Shown: one piece after another, positions 14,030 through 27,510 of the stretch
How positions within the stretch are numbered: the stretch's first letter is position 1
Layout of the letters: every line of letters starts with the position of its first letter
Assembly: GCA_013265495.1 (NCBI GenBank)
Contig: MU057744.1
Coordinates: 1,316,356 to 1,380,355, forward strand
Source: Vicugna vicugna
Taxonomy: Eukaryota
DNA length: 64,000 nt
Direction of reading: 5' to 3'
Notes under the pieces: generated by a model
What the model saw: only the letters and a program-made list of their open reading frames with translations
Database searches by the model: none
Told to the model about the DNA's origin: nothing
Made by a program: the position numbers and the translations under genes

Positions 14030-14690
14030 CACACAACCTGAATTATCCATGGATTTCGTATTTGCAAATCCACCTACTTGCTACAATTTATTTGTGTCCC
14101 CAACAGCAGTACTCGGGGTGCTTTTGTGGTCACGTGGGGCACACGTGTGCAGGGTGTGAAGGGTCTAAGGGCCTGACCCACGTGCTCCAGGTGGCCGGCA
14201 AGGGCGAGCCCTGCCCTCTTGTTTCAGCTCTTAGTGTGTAAACAGGTGCCCTTTTCATGGTCTGTGTGGTGCCATTTATTTAGTGTTTTTCACACTCTTG
14301 GGTTTTTCTTGGTGATTGATTTCTCTATGTAAGCAGCCCCCCAGCACTGTACGGAAGTGCTGGCTAGTGTTCTGGGCACGAGAAGGCTGGATGCGGCGTG
14401 CCTTCTGGAGGAAGCACGTGGGTTAGATGAGCTTTGCTTAGTCGTGGGTTGTGGTGCTGTTGGCTGCGAGCTCGGTGTTAGTGAATCCACAGTCTGTATC
14501 AAACAGGATGTCTTTACACGGGAACACATACAAAACAAGGTTATATTTTGATCAGTGATGAAAATCTTGTGACCAGAGGTTCAGGAACCTAACCCTGCAG
14601 TTCCTGTGGGAGCTGCAGTTTTCAGTTTCCCCAACTCAGTGGTCACAGTGGCTTTATAGCACAGATACCACAAATAACGAGAATTAACTG
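14030..14690 (+). mobile_element. MER82 (TcMar-Tigger), nested in an old antisense L1 relic (about 13780-15120)
   Basis: Follows the MER82 consensus as I recall it: ttatccatggatttcgtatttgcaaat...ttgtgaccagaggttcaggaacctaaccctg...aataacgagaattaactg. Confidence 0.8.
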
Positions 14691-15621
14691 CACAAACAGT
14701 ATAGTTTAGTTTTGCCTATTTTTGAGCTCAATATAAGTAGAACCTTAAGATTCTTATGTGTGTTTTCCTCATCCAGTCCCATTTTTAAAGATTCGCGTGT
14801 GGTTCGCGTGTGTAGTTGTGCTTTGTTTTTGATTAATGTATAATATTCCGTCACGTAACTGTTCCATGATTAGCTGCTCTGCTGTTGATAGTCATTTGGT
14901 TTGTTTCCAGTTTTGATACGAACATTCTCATGTGTGTCTCTTGCATGCACACGCATGAGCTTCCTTACAGCACACACCCGGAAGTGGAATGGCGGGGTCC
15001 CAGCAGCAGGTAGTGGCCGCCGTCCTCCTAAATGCTGGAGCTAGTCTGTACTTTAACCAGCAGTGAGTGAGAGGCCCTGTTGTTCCACATGCGTGCACAG
15101 ACTTGCGGTGTCACAGGTGTGCTGGGAACCTCAGTTTCCGTCTGTCCCTTTACAGTTAGTCAAGTTGATAGTGAACTAGGGAGTCTGGCCATTTAGGCTA
15201 TGGAAGCCTTTTAGTAGCTTGTGCTTTCAGTGAATGACAGACTACTCTCTGTCTGTCTCTTTTTCTTTCTTTCTTTGTTACTTATCCAGCAAGCATGTTA
15301 CAGCCCACTGACCACATACTGTGGCCCTGTCACGGTCACTACAGAAACATATGGAGATAAAGCAGAATTTTTTATTTTCCCTAGGGAGATTAGAGCCTAG
15401 GAGGAAAGACTGTGACGCAGTGCCTTTGTGATGCCCGAAAATACAAGTTTCAGTCTTTGTCTAGCTACAAGAAGCTCTGAATTATTTTGAACTTTATGTT
15501 CTTTTTCTTTTTTTTTTTTTTTTTTTTTTACTTTCCACTCTTATATATAAAGCTTGAGGGATTTGATTGCTGCTTTTGACCAACTAGGGAAATCTTTTCA
15601 CATTTAAAAATTTTTTTTCAG

Positions 15622-15738
15622 GAAACATTACCCGGAGCCAAAGTGAGTGGAGGTCTTTCCAACTTGTCCTTCTCCTTCCGAGGAATGGACGCCATTCGAG
15701 AAGCAATGCATGGGGTTTTCCTTTACCATGCCATCAAG
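15622..15738 (+). CDS. MTR: MTR exon 17: [21 protein letters not shown]...FLYHAIK
   Basis: Acceptor tttttcag, donor AAG|GTATAG, 117 nt; conserved [13 protein letters not shown]. Confidence 0.97.
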
Positions 15739-15786
15739 GTATAGTGGGACACCTGTTCGCCCTTTGATACCAGCGTTTACCTAGGG

Positions 15787-15994
15787 CAAGGGTTTGCAAA
15801 CTTTGGCCCACACACTAACTCTGGCCTGCTGCCAGTTTCTGTGAATAAAGTTTTATTAGAACAAAGCCACACCCTCTCACTCATGTTGTCTATGGCTGCT
15901 TTTATGCTACAGCAGGCGACTGAGTAGTTATAACAGGGACTGTGGCTGCAGTTCTTCCTGTCTGGTCCTTTACAGAAAGGGTTGCTGACCCCTG
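15787..15994 (+). mobile_element. MER58A (hAT-Charlie)
   Basis: TIRs caagggtttgcaaac / gttgctgacccctg; core gtgaataaagttttattagaacaaagccac; 8-bp flanks acctaggg / atttagag. Confidence 0.85.
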
Positions 15995-16042
15995 ATTTAG
16001 AGTATCCTTGGAAACCCTCATTTTTCTTTCTATTGCCCTTAG

Positions 16043-16222
<180 letters not shown>

Positions 16223-18561
16223 TGAGCCTGTGGTTCACGCAGAGTTATTAGACCTTCACTGTGGAATAGAAGCAAGTATCCAAGCATGTCTTTGGATCAC
16301 TGAAGATCTCTGCGGAGAGCTCCAGAGAAGATGTTTTAGTTAGGGCGAGGAAGGAGAAACAGACCAAACCTGGTCTGCTGCAGGATTCTGAATTTGTATT
16401 TCCTTAGATTTATTTTAAAATGTAAAATTAACTTTTCTCATACCCAAGTACCATTAATTCTAGAAAGTGTACAAAGTACAGATAAGCAGATGAAGAGAAT
16501 AAAAATCACTCATAATCCTACTGCCCACTGTTAGCCACTGCTGAGATTCTGTTACAGCCTTCTGGTCACAATTTTTTTTTTCCAAAGTGAAAGTGTACTC
16601 ATAGGTGTATACACACATACACGCGCACACACACACTTTATAAAAGTAGAGCTGTACTGTAGATGCTTTTTTGGTAACCTGTTTGTTTAGCAGTATTCTG
16701 GAACATCTTTCCATTTTATGGGATATTTTTCTTCCTCATAATTTGGTAATATAAATCGGCTCTTAGGTTTTCTTGTGTTGCTGTGTTCCCGTTGTTACAT
16801 GTTTACATTTGTTTGTATTACGTTTACACTGATTTTTATATTAGGGTCTGATCCAGTCGTGGCAAAGTTCTGCATTCAGGACTTGAGATCTGTACGCATT
16901 TGATCTATAGACAGGAGAACTTAACAGTTAATCTGAAGCCAGTTCCCTGTTTCCGTTTATTATGTGTTGGTCCTGTATATCATGGGTGCTGCTTCCTAGA
17001 ATTCAGTTTAAGGAAAGGTGAGATCCTTACCTCAAAACAAGTTTTTAGTTTATTTCAGAAAGCAACGGCAGAGGAAGACACTTTCCCCACAAACCGTGTT
17101 GGAACATGGTCGAATGCACTGGTGTGTGTTGCCGCCTGTGTTAATGTCTTCCTCCCCTGCAAGAGTGCTGCAGTGTCCTGGGAGAAGGGTGGGACACTTA
17201 AGGACCTACGCATCCTTGATTTATCACCGCATGGGTGGCAGGATTGGGATTTCTGAGACTGCATGTGTTGGCCTTAGTTCATTCGGCAAAGCTGGTTGGA
17301 ATTTAGACTGCCACGAGCACATGACCCTCCTCTCCGCTCCCTGTAAACATTCCTGATTTCTTGTGTGGACCCAGGACAGAGCTTCTCAGGTCTTGACTAT
17401 TGCAAACAAATTCAAGTTCTGCTTCCCACTCATTACGTGAGAAACAGTGCCTAGATTTCTGTCCCTATTTCCATGATAGTTTCTACTCATGTAGGCAGAA
17501 TGCTTAGCCCTTTAATATTCTTTGAACATGAAGACATGGTGTGAAACACTATTCTTCAGTTTGTGTCTTAGCCTGTCTTCCACTGAGTGGGGGACCCTTC
17601 ATTAATTACTCACTAAGACAGTGTTCTGCTGAGGCCAAGAGGACATCATAGCTTCTGCGGTCAGAAAGTTACGTAGAGCATTCTTAATTAACCCATAAGG
17701 TCATGTGCTATTTGCTCTTCTCCACTGTCCAGATGAGACAGCTCTCACTTAGGAAAGATAGGGCTCCTCATTTGTAAGACTGTTCTCATTTAAGGTTTTG
17801 TTGGCTTTGTATTTTCTGTCATTCCTTTTGGTCTATGTTCACTTTTACTATTGGTTTACAGGTTTTTGCTTCTTAATACCAGAACAAAGGAGGTTTTGCC
17901 CCTGGGGCACAGCTGAAGCTTGAGGGAAATCTTAATAGCAATTGCAAGGGTTTAACAACCCATCATACAAAAAATTGCTTCCCTCTCAATGTAACCACAA
18001 GGGCTTATTAGAAGCCGTTGACTCTTCTGTCAAGTAGGCTGTCTACATTCAAGGTGACTTCTGTTACCATTAAGGAATTAGTAACCCAAACAGGTGTACT
18101 TTAGTAACTTCCACGAGTTGCCAGCTCTGTGGCAATTCCTCAGGATACGCCAAGGGTATGTGGAGCATGAAAGCAGGAATTTTAGGAAGCAAATAAGGGT
18201 TGAGGATTTTTTTTATCTTTGTAAGAGAATGATCTCTCTTTGTTACTAAATGATAAAGTCTGCACCCAAGTTTCATCCGATACATTGTTGAACATGGTAG
18301 GAAGAGTCCTGTCTCTGAGCTTCTTCAACTCTGATGGGCTTTACTGAAAAGTAAGCCCCCCGAATGGGCAGAGACTGACCTGTGGTGAGCAGACTGTTCT
18401 GGCTGAGAGAAGCACCAGGCGTCAACGTGGCGCCATATAATCCACATGGAGTTTGTTTATTGGGTGGTGCCCTCACAGAGGTCGTGACCCTTTGAGCACG
18501 AACGAGGAGGATCTCTGCTCTAGGGAGGGTGGCTCTTGAATGACCACGGATTATGAGAATC

Positions 18562-18990
18562 CAGACGTCCCCGACTTACGGTGGTGCAGAATCAGTGAGC
18601 AATCACTAGAAACCTGCTTTGAATTTTGGATTTTGATCTTTTCCCGGGCGAGTGACGCACAGTGCAGTCCTCTCTCGTGGTGCCGGGTAGTGGCAGCCAC
18701 AGTAGCTCCCAGTCTGCCCCACCTTCACAAGGGGAGCCAAGCAATATGCTACTACCATTCTATACCCACACAGCCATTCTGTTTCTCATTTTCAGTACCG
18801 TATTTAGTAAGTTACACGAGATGTTCAACACTTTATTACAAAATAAGCTTTTGTGTTAGATGTCTTTGCCCAGCTGTAGGCTGAGCACGTTTAAGGTAAG
18901 CAAGGCGAAGGTATGATGTTCAGAAGGTTAGGTGTGTAAATGCATTTTCAGCTTGTGATTTTCTGCAGATGACGGTGGGTTTATCGGACA
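18562..18990 (-). mobile_element. MER47/Tigger5-family DNA transposon
   Basis: End cagacgtccccgacttacg; body ctgagcacgtttaaggtaag...aggttaggtgtgtaaatgcattttc. Confidence 0.75.
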
Positions 18991-19854
18991 TTAGTATTCT
19001 TGATCCTTTTCTGGAACAAAGGTCGTCCGTTCCCTGATGCAGCGTAATGCTCCTTACTGCCAGTGGGTGTGCACGCTGCTCTTTGGCTTTCTCCCTTGAT
19101 GCTGGTCTGGTTTGATAACAGAAACAAGACACAGGTCCCTGTCAGGACCCTGTGAAGCAGGAGCTAGTCTGGAGCAGTAGGTGCAGATGGAAGGAGTATC
19201 CAGGTGGACATGACAGTTGAATGGCCGGTGTGCTTGGAAGCTTTTGTTTCCATGCGCTTCCTCAGTGTGTCAGGTGACTGGCCTGACTTGGTGCATGGAA
19301 CTGCACAACTTGTGTCTAGATCACGGAGAACGTCCTGCTGAACCGCCAGTTGGAAAGCAAGGTGGGCACAGCATGCCGTGTTGTCTTCTGAAATAGCTGC
19401 TCTTAAATGGTTCAGGTTCATTTAAAATACTGATTTTCTGAAGCGTGTTCAGTAGGTGGGGAGTTTTCGTTCACTGAGCCTCCAGCACTGTACTGAGAGC
19501 TTCTCTGGCCGTCACTGCATCCTCATTTGCCCCAGTTCATAACCGCATGTGTATTGACCCCCCCCCCCACCTTGTGGCACACTGGTATTTTCTGTGAACA
19601 CACCAGGTCTTTTTTCCAAGCGTGTTTGGAATACTCTGCCCTGTTTTTACATATCAAACTCCATCCGGCAGCAGGAATTGCCTGCTTGTGTGACTAATGG
19701 AAGAAACGGTGCTTATGTGTATCTAGTGATGTGAATGTGGGCTTTAGAAGGATTCTGGTATGTGTGTGTGTGTGTGTGGTGTCACACAGCTCTGGTTTTG
19801 CGTTTTCCCTTAAATAAAAGTCAGAGTATATCATCTATGAGTTTTGTAACTTTT

Positions 19855-20360
19855 AGTTTTTTAAATTGGGGTATAATTAACATATAATATTAGTTTCAGT
19901 TATACAGCATGATTTGATATCAGTGTCGATTGCAAAATGATCATCACAATTAGCCTAGTTAACATCTGTCATCACACATAGTTACAATTTTTTTTTCTTG
20001 TGGTTTTTAAGTTCTGTTCTCCCAGCAACTTTCAAATACACAGTACAGTGTTATTAACAACTGTACTCACCATGCTGCACATGACATCCCCTGGACTTAC
20101 TTTATTTTGACCACTTTCACTCATTTCCCCTCCCCTAAGCCCCGCCTCTGACAACCACCAATCTGTTCTGTGTATCTATGAATTCAGTTTTTTTTTTTGA
20201 TTCCAAATGTAAGTGAGATCATGTGATATTTGGCAGGGCCTCCTTTTTTATGTGGCCAAATAATATTCCATTGTGTGTATACAGCACACTTTCTTTATCT
20301 GTTGTTTCATTGATGAACACTCAGGTAGTTTCCATGTCTTGGCTACTGTAAATAATGCTG
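19855..20360 (-). mobile_element. L1 (L1MA-like) 3' end
   Basis: Reversed L1 3' UTR into the ORF2 end: gtaagtgagatcatgtgatatttg, aataatattccattgtgtgtatacagcac, tttccatgtcttggctactgtaaataatgctg. Confidence 0.75.
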
Positions 20361-20399
20361 AAAATTATTTTTTTCTGTATATACTTCTAAAAAATATTT

Positions 20400-20695
20400 T
20401 TTAAATTGCGGTGTAGTTGGTTTACAATGTGTTAATTTATGTTGTACAGCATAGTGATTCATTTACACACGTATATATTCCTTTTCATATTCTTTTACAT
20501 CATAGGCTATTATAAGATACTGAATATGGTTCCCTGTGCTATACGGTAGGAACTTGTTGTTTATCTGTTTTATGGATAGTAGTTAGTATCTGTGAATCCA
20601 GAACTGCCAGTTTATCCCTCCACCTTCCCCTTCCCCCCATGATCACCATGAGTTTGTTTTCTGTGTCTGTGATTTTGTTTCAAACAAGTTCATGG
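20400..20695 (-). mobile_element. Short L1 3' end (cetartiodactyl-type 3' UTR) with probable TSD
   Basis: tttacaatgtgttaattt...tccctgtgctatacggtaggaacttgttgtttatc; AAATATTTTTT on both sides (20392 and 20696). Confidence 0.7.
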
Positions 20696-21144
20696 AAATA
20701 TTTTTTTTTCAAATTGCTGTCTTCTGTAAGGTTTTTCAGCATGTGAGCAAGGCGCTGGTCTTTCCGTAGGTGAGAGAGCCCTGTTCTTTATTATTCAGTT
20801 ACCACTCCAACCCTAAGTCTTGGAGCTCTCCCCAGGCCCTTTCTTCTTTTCTTACACACTGTCCATGTTGGTGCCTTTATGTCCTTTCCTTCCCTCCCTG
20901 CCCCTCCCACTGTAGTTCAGGCCTTCATCACAGACTATTAAAACATTCTCCCTCTTCTAGGGTTCTCTTAAAAATACTGCTTTGAATGTAGCTTCAGAAC
21001 TTTGTGTTGTGTCGCTCTCCCAGCCCCACCTCCACCACAGTTGCCCGGAACGTTAAGTTCCAAATCCATGGCATGGATTTCCGGCACTCTGTGACTTGGC
21101 TTCTACCATTCTGCACACACATTGCTCCAGAAAATCCACTTTTG

Positions 21145-21980
21145 TTCAGCATTAAATCATCCAGCTAGTACTTACTGAACTCTTGATTTGTGCTTTGCAC
21201 TTCCTGAACTTGGAGGGTCTAACTATTAAGACAAGTGTGCCCACGCAGAGCCCACAGCTTAGTGGGACGTGCAGAACACAGGGGCAGTTGTAACCTGGTG
21301 TGGGGTGGGTGCTGTGATAGGGCAAGTATGGGGTGCTCTGAGGCTGCTGAGGAAGGACACTGAACCCAGAGGTAGAGGTGGTCAGGGAAGGCCTCCAGCA
21401 GTGATGTGTCAGACCTGAGAACCAGAGAGGAGTTGGCACGCTGAGATTTGGGGCTGGAGTGCAGTACTGGCCCCTGCCGGAGGAGGAGTCACTGCATGTG
21501 GCTGGGGCCTGGCTGTCTGGTAGGTGCTGAGTAAGTGTCTGTCAGGTGAACGAACGTGGAGGGCTGGAGGTCAGAGAGATGGTGGACGGGGTAAGGGGGT
21601 GAAGTGTTCAAGATGGCTGAGCTCATTGGGAATGGCAGAGGATGAAGCTGGAGAAAGCCAGAGCAGGGCGCTGTACAATCTGGAAAGGAGCCAGTACTGT
21701 ATCCAGGGAGCAGTAGGGAATGATAATGAATTTCTTCACCGGGGGCGTGTGATCGGGCTTGCATTTTGGAAAGGCCCCTCTGGCTCAGTGCAGAAGGTGT
21801 GCGGGATACCGGGGTGCTCCTGGGCTGCAGGCACCAGTGAGCTGCTTGGACTGTGAAAGTAGGAGCAGAGTGGAGAGGAGTATCGAGGCAGTAATCATGA
21901 GGGCTGGCTGAATGTGAGGGCAGATGGAGATTCAGGAATGACACTTAGATTTCCGGTTTGGGCTACGAGTGCCCCCAGCT
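21145..21980 (-). mobile_element. L2 fragment
   Basis: Degenerate L2 body (ttgcattttggaaaggcccctctggc; aggaatgacacttagatttcc). Confidence 0.55.
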
Positions 21981-22454
21981 GAGATGGAGGAGGTCAGTCT
22001 GTGTGTGCACTTCTGTCTCTTTGCTGAATCTGTCAGCTGCTTTGAAGTATCTCTTTACCACTCGTCTGTGACAGTTACTCCTTTCTCAGAGTTCTAGCCT
22101 TGTCTGTATCATCTCCTCATCCAGCCCTTGGCACGTGCTTTCTCACGTAGCTTACCTTTCTTTGTGTATTTCCACCTCCCTGTGGTGCAGCAAAGTCCTG
22201 GTGAGCACAGTCTGTGTCTTGCACCTCTTAGTGTGCCCACCTCCAGGATGATTTCTGACTTAGTTTCATTACGGCCTCCCTACATGTATCTGTGAGTGGT
22301 GATGATCTCTGTTGAGAACTTTAAAAGCTCTTCAGATACGGGGTTTGGCTCCTCTTACTATCATGGAAATCTTTTGTTCCAAGAGGCTTTCCTTTAGGAA
22401 AGAAGGAAAGGAAAAAACGGAGCCTTTCTCTGTGCCTCTGTTAAATGTTCAAAT

Positions 22455-22940
22455 CCTAGTGGTGATCATTTTGTTATGTATAGAAATACTGAGTCACTGT
22501 GCTGTGTGCCAGGAACTAACAGTGTTGTAGGTCGATTATGCCTCAAAAGCAAACAGACTTATAGAAAAAGAGATCATATTTGTGGTTACCAGAGGCAGGG
22601 GGTGGTGGGAGGGGAAATTGGATAAAGGCAGTCGAAAGGTACAAATTTCTAGTACAATAAATAACTGCTAGGGATGTGGCGTACAGCATGGTAGATACAC
22701 TCACCACTGCTGTGTGTTACATATGGATGTTATTGAGAGAATAAATTTTGAGAGTTCTTACCATAAGAAAAAATATTTTTTCCTTTTTCTTTTTTGTATC
22801 TGTGTTAGATGATGGATGTTCACTAAACTTACTGTGGTCATCCTTTCATAACATACGTAAGTCATATCATACTGGACACCTTAAACTTATACAGTGCTGT
22901 TTGTCAATTATATTTTAATAAAACTGGAAGGGAAAAAAAT
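22455..22940 (+). mobile_element. L1 3' UTR fragment, sense
   Basis: tttgtggttaccagaggcaggggg...ccttaaacttatacagtgctgtttgtcaattatattttaataaaactggaagggaaaaaaa. Confidence 0.75.
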
Positions 22941-23142
22941 TTTTCTAAGTAGAAGTTCGGGTCCTAAAAGATTTCTGTCTTTCTGTCTCTCCTTACCTCA
23001 GACACTTACTGAGGCCTTAATTCATGCTGGATATTGTGCTAGGGCCTTGAAACATAAAAGAAGAGGAAGGCATAGTTTTTGCTGCCCGTTAGTTGAGTAA
23101 GTGACCTGTTGTACCCGTCTCTCTGTCCTGATTCCAACCCAG

Positions 23143-23232
23143 GCCCAGGACAAAGGAGGGAAGAAGGTCATCCAGACGGATGAGTGGAGGGGCGGCCCCA
23201 TCGAGGAGCGCCTTGAGTACGCCCTCGTGAAG
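23143..23232 (+). CDS. MTR: MTR exon 19: [30 protein letters not shown] (start of cap domain)
   Basis: Acceptor acccag, donor AAG|GTGAGC, 90 nt. Confidence 0.95.
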
Positions 23233-23329
23233 GTGAGCGTGGACTTCAGGGCTGCAGGAGCCTCTGCTTGTCTGGTGTCATCGCTGGACAGGAGGTGCTG
23301 ACAGGACCTAGGAGTGTCCGAGACCACCC

Positions 23330-23529
23330 CTGCGAGATTTTGCCCTCCACCCTACCCCTGTGTCCAGCACATTTGGCGGTGTCTAGAGAGATTTTGGATC
23401 GTCCCAACTCGGGGTGGAAGGTTTTGCAGCGTCCAGTGGCCAGGGACTCTGCCAAACATCCTGCAATGCACAGGACGTCAAGAGTTACTCAGTCCAGAAT
23501 GTTAGCAGTGCCGAGCTTGAGAAACACTG
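23330..23529 (+). mobile_element. MER20 (hAT-Charlie)
   Basis: acatttggcggtgtctagagagattttgg...gccaaacatcctgcaatgcacaggac...ttgagaaacactg, followed by ttctagac. Confidence 0.75.
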
Positions 23530-24029
23530 TTCTAGACCAGGTTGCTGTCATTTGGTCAGCAAGCGGGTCCTGGCTCTTCTGCTGTAATTGGAATTTTAGG
23601 TGAGATAATCTCTTGGCTTCAGGTTTCCACATTTGTAAGTCTGGAAGATTTTTGAGTTCTTTTTTGCCTCTAGACTTAACTTTTTATTTCTTTAACTCTT
23701 TAGATTCACATATTTCCGGTTGTGGAACTAGTCAGCCACCTCCAAGCATCCTTGAACTAGAGACACTGGAGGGTGGGGGCTGTTCTGTGAAGGCTGGACA
23801 AGTCAGTGGAGGCTGCATGGGTCTGAACTTCGCCTCCGGGTCCTGCCCATTGTCTTTCCTCCCCCTGCCCTGTGACATTGCAGTGAGAAAGCACACCGAT
23901 GTCACGGGAGATGTCTGTCAGTGTGTCATCTGTTAAACCACTAGGATAAAAAGTATATTTGATTATGAATTTGAACTTATTAGTGCTCTTTTTGTCACTA
24001 ATTTTTCGCTTTTACTAGGCGGTTACTTC

Positions 24030-24210
24030 ATATCAATAAAGCCAGCTAAGCACTTTACATGATTTATCTTGTTTAATCCTTAACATAACCGTATGAAGTT
24101 GGTACTATGTGATATGTTAATCGAGGAAACTGAGGCTTAATAAATTGTCTAAATTAGTGAAAGGAGCCTGGGTTTGAACATGAGCAGTCTGATTCCAAAA
24201 CCCACACTCT
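24030..24210 (-). mobile_element. MIR SINE
   Basis: tttaatccttaacataaccgtatgaagttggtact...gaggaaactgaggct...gggtttgaacatgagcagtctgattcc. Confidence 0.7.
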
Positions 24211-24298
24211 TTCCTATTTCCATGATTTATTCTTTGTTAGCCATTAGAACTTAAGCCATTTTTTTTCTGTGATCTTTTTCCTAATTTTTTTTTTGTAG

Positions 24299-24460
<162 letters not shown>

Positions 24461-24692
24461 TAGTGGGGGAGTAGTTTCACAATTGAAAGAAAAAATTTTG
24501 TCTTTTCATTAATAGGCTTGGGTATATTTCTCAGGATTTAATTTTGACAAGAGTTTGGGGCATTGAGATCTGATTCTGGTCATTCCTCTGTAAATGTATT
24601 TTTAGGAGTAGTCTGGAAAAATCCGTCTAGGGTGATGTTCAGGTTAGAGGCCTTCTGGACGTTCCTAAAAGCACCCCCGTCTTCATGCTCTG

Positions 24693-24787
24693 CTTTGCTT
24701 GCTTGCTTGCTTCCCTTCTTTCTTTCTTCCCTCCTTTCCTTCTCTCTCTCTCTTCTTCCTTCCTTCCTTCCTTCCTTCCTTCCTTTC
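24693..24787. repeat. Pyrimidine-rich compound microsatellite (CTTG)n-(CT)n-(CCTT)n
   Basis: Directly visible. Confidence 0.85.
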
Positions 24788-25159
24788 ATGTTCTGGTCTT
24801 CTGTACCACCTCTTACCTCCAACAGCTGTCTCTCCACCACCCCAGAATTAAAATAAAACTCAAGATTAATGTAAAGTTAATCATACTAAGATTTTATTTG
24901 ACCAGTCAGTGTTCATCCATAAGGATGAATATTTTGAAAAGTGATACACATTAAGTGATACGTTTCAAGTAAAACCAGTACTCTTACTTTGATTTACAGC
25001 AACTACCTGCCCCATCAGTTAACAAATACTTGTTGAACCTTCTGGGTTCAGTTCTGTCAGGCACACAAAAAACTAAAAGCTCTTGTTCCTTTTTTTTTTT
25101 TTTTAACTCATTCTGTATTTAATTATTAATTGCTCATTTTCTCCGTCTTCCTTCATGGT

Positions 25160-25960
25160 GTTTCTTATAGCTGTATCATTTTATAGTTAATATACAATAA
25201 ACTGCACATATATAGTGGATACAGTTTAATCAGCTTTAACATGTATGCACCTGTGAAACCATCACCACAGTCAAGATAAGAAATACTCAGTTGTTCTGTC
25301 TTAGCCTTCTTCAGTCTGTGACAGTTCTCAGTCTTTGTTTTTCAGGATGTTGACATATTATTTCACCTTTTTATTTTTGAGTTAGCTTTAGACTTACAGA
25401 CAAGTTGCAGCTGTAGTTTCAGAGTGTCCATATATCCCTCACTCAACTTCTTCCCCTAATGTTAACATTTTTGCTTGATCATAGTCTGGTTATCAGAAAA
25501 TTAACATTGGTATAACGCTGACAACTGGAAACCTTATTCAGATTTCACCAGTATTTCCACCACTGTTCTTTTTGTCCCACAATCCCACATTGCTTTTATC
25601 CTGCCTTTTCTAACAGTTCCTGAGTCCTTCCTGATGACCTTGACTTCTGAAGAGTGCGGTACAGTTTGATAACGGTAGACTGTCTCTCAACTAGATTTTG
25701 TCTGATGTTTTCTCATTTCTGGCAGGAATTACACAGAGTGTTGCTGTGCCCTTCTCAGTGGGTCATGTCAGGAGGCCCATCACTGTTGCTGTGTCTCCTT
25801 CCTGGTGATACCACCTCCGGTCATTTGGCTAACGGTGTCTACTACGTTCCTCCACTAGAAACTGACTTGTAGGGGGAAACTTTGAGATGGTGCGAATATC
25901 CTGTTTCTCACCCTACTTCTACTCATGAGTTTTAGCATACATTGATGAATTTTATGAAAG
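25160..25960 (-). mobile_element. Old L1 (L1MC/MD-like) 3' UTR fragments
   Basis: cacctgtgaaaccatcaccacagtcaagat; cccctaatgttaacatttt; tgcgaatatcctgtttctc. Confidence 0.55.
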
Positions 25961-25974
25961 TCCCTGTTCATTTT

Positions 25975-27007
25975 TTCTACTTATTTAACAAATTTGACAT
26001 GTTACATTTTGCAAATATGATGTACAGTGATACATTTATATATATTGTAATATGATTGCCATAAAAGCAGTATTTATCGCACTACATCACTATAATGTAT
26101 TATTGTCTGTATTCATTATAATGTGCATTAGATCTCTTTGGCTTATTTACTTGTTCCAAGTTTGTACCCTTAAATACCATCAGTCTTATCTTTTCTTCCC
26201 CCATCCCTTGGTAACCACTGTTTTATTCTGTTTTGTTTTGTTTTGTTTTGTTTTGTTTTACAGGTTTGGCTTTTTTAGATTCCACATATAAGTGATGTCA
26301 TACAGCACTTGTCTTTCTCTGTCTGATTTATTTTGCTTTGTGTGCTCAAGGCCCATCCATGTTTTTTGCACATGGCAGGATATCCTCCTTTATCGTGGCT
26401 GCACAATACTCCATTGTGTATATATCTATACACCACATCTTTTTTATCCATTCATCTGTTGATGGGCATTTGGGGTAGTTTCTAAATCTTGGCTGTTGTA
26501 AATAATGCTGTGATAAACATGGTTGTGCATATATCTTAACAAAATCCTGTTTTCACTTCCTTTGAGTTTATACCCAGAAGTGGAGTTCCTGGACCATGTG
26601 GTAGACCTGCTTATAATTTTTTGAAGAACTTCCATATTGTTTTCTATGCAGGTGGACTAATTTACATTCCCATGAACAGTGTGTGATTTCCCTTTTTAGC
26701 ACGTTCTCACCAGCATCTGTTGTTTCTTGTCTTCTTAGCAATGGCCATTCTAACAGGTGTGAGGTGATACCTCATTATGGGTTTTATTTGTATTCCCTTG
26801 ATGGTTAGTGATGTTGAGCACCTTTTCATGTGCCTGTTGGCCATTTTGATGTCCTCTTTGGAAAAAATGTCTTTTTGGTTCTTCTGCCCACTTTTTAGTA
26901 AGAATGTTTGGATTTTTGTTATTAAATTGTGTTAGTTCTTTATATATTTTTGGTATCAATCCCATAGCTAAGTATATAATTTGCAAAATTTTCCCCATTA
27001 TGTAGGC
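25975..27007 (-). mobile_element. L1 3' portion (ORF2 relic plus 3' UTR)
   Basis: ORF 26750..26998 ([29 protein letters not shown]) is decayed L1 ORF2; includes a (GTTTT)n tract at about 26220-26259. Confidence 0.85.
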
Positions 27008-27402
27008 TTTAAAAAGCCCCCCCCTTTTTTTTGCATAAGCCTTAATTAAGAGTTAATTAATGCTGGGGACTGAGAAGGGCTCACAGAGAAGAAGCTTGAT
27101 ACTCGAGGAACATGTAGAACCTGGAGAAATGATGGAGGGCCTTTGAGGGAGAAAAAATACCTTGCAGAAGTTCAGAGGGCAGAAACTGCAGCATGGATCT
27201 CCAGCCCTGTTTCCTCCTGCTCTGCCTCGCTCATTGGCTTTCCCCACAGGGGACTCACTCCTTACCTGCCTGTGTCAAAAGCGGGCTCCAGGGAGGCTGC
27301 CCTGAGGTCGAAGCAAGTGATAGTCTGTGTGAACCTTTCACGAGTGGCCGTTAGTGACCATCCGGGTGTTTGGGTAAAGACGCCTGACTCTGTGTTTCCC
27401 AG

Positions 27403-27510
27403 GTTATAAAGTCAGCTCGGGTCATGAAGAAGGCTGTTGGTCACCTTATTCCCTTCATGGAAAAAGAGAGAGAAGAAACCAGAGGGCTTACTGGCACAGC
27501 AGAAGACGAG
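27403..27510 (+). CDS. MTR: MTR exon 21: [36 protein letters not shown]
   Basis: Acceptor ttcccag; ends at non-canonical donor GAG|GCAAGT; 108 nt keeps the frame with exon 22. Confidence 0.93.
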
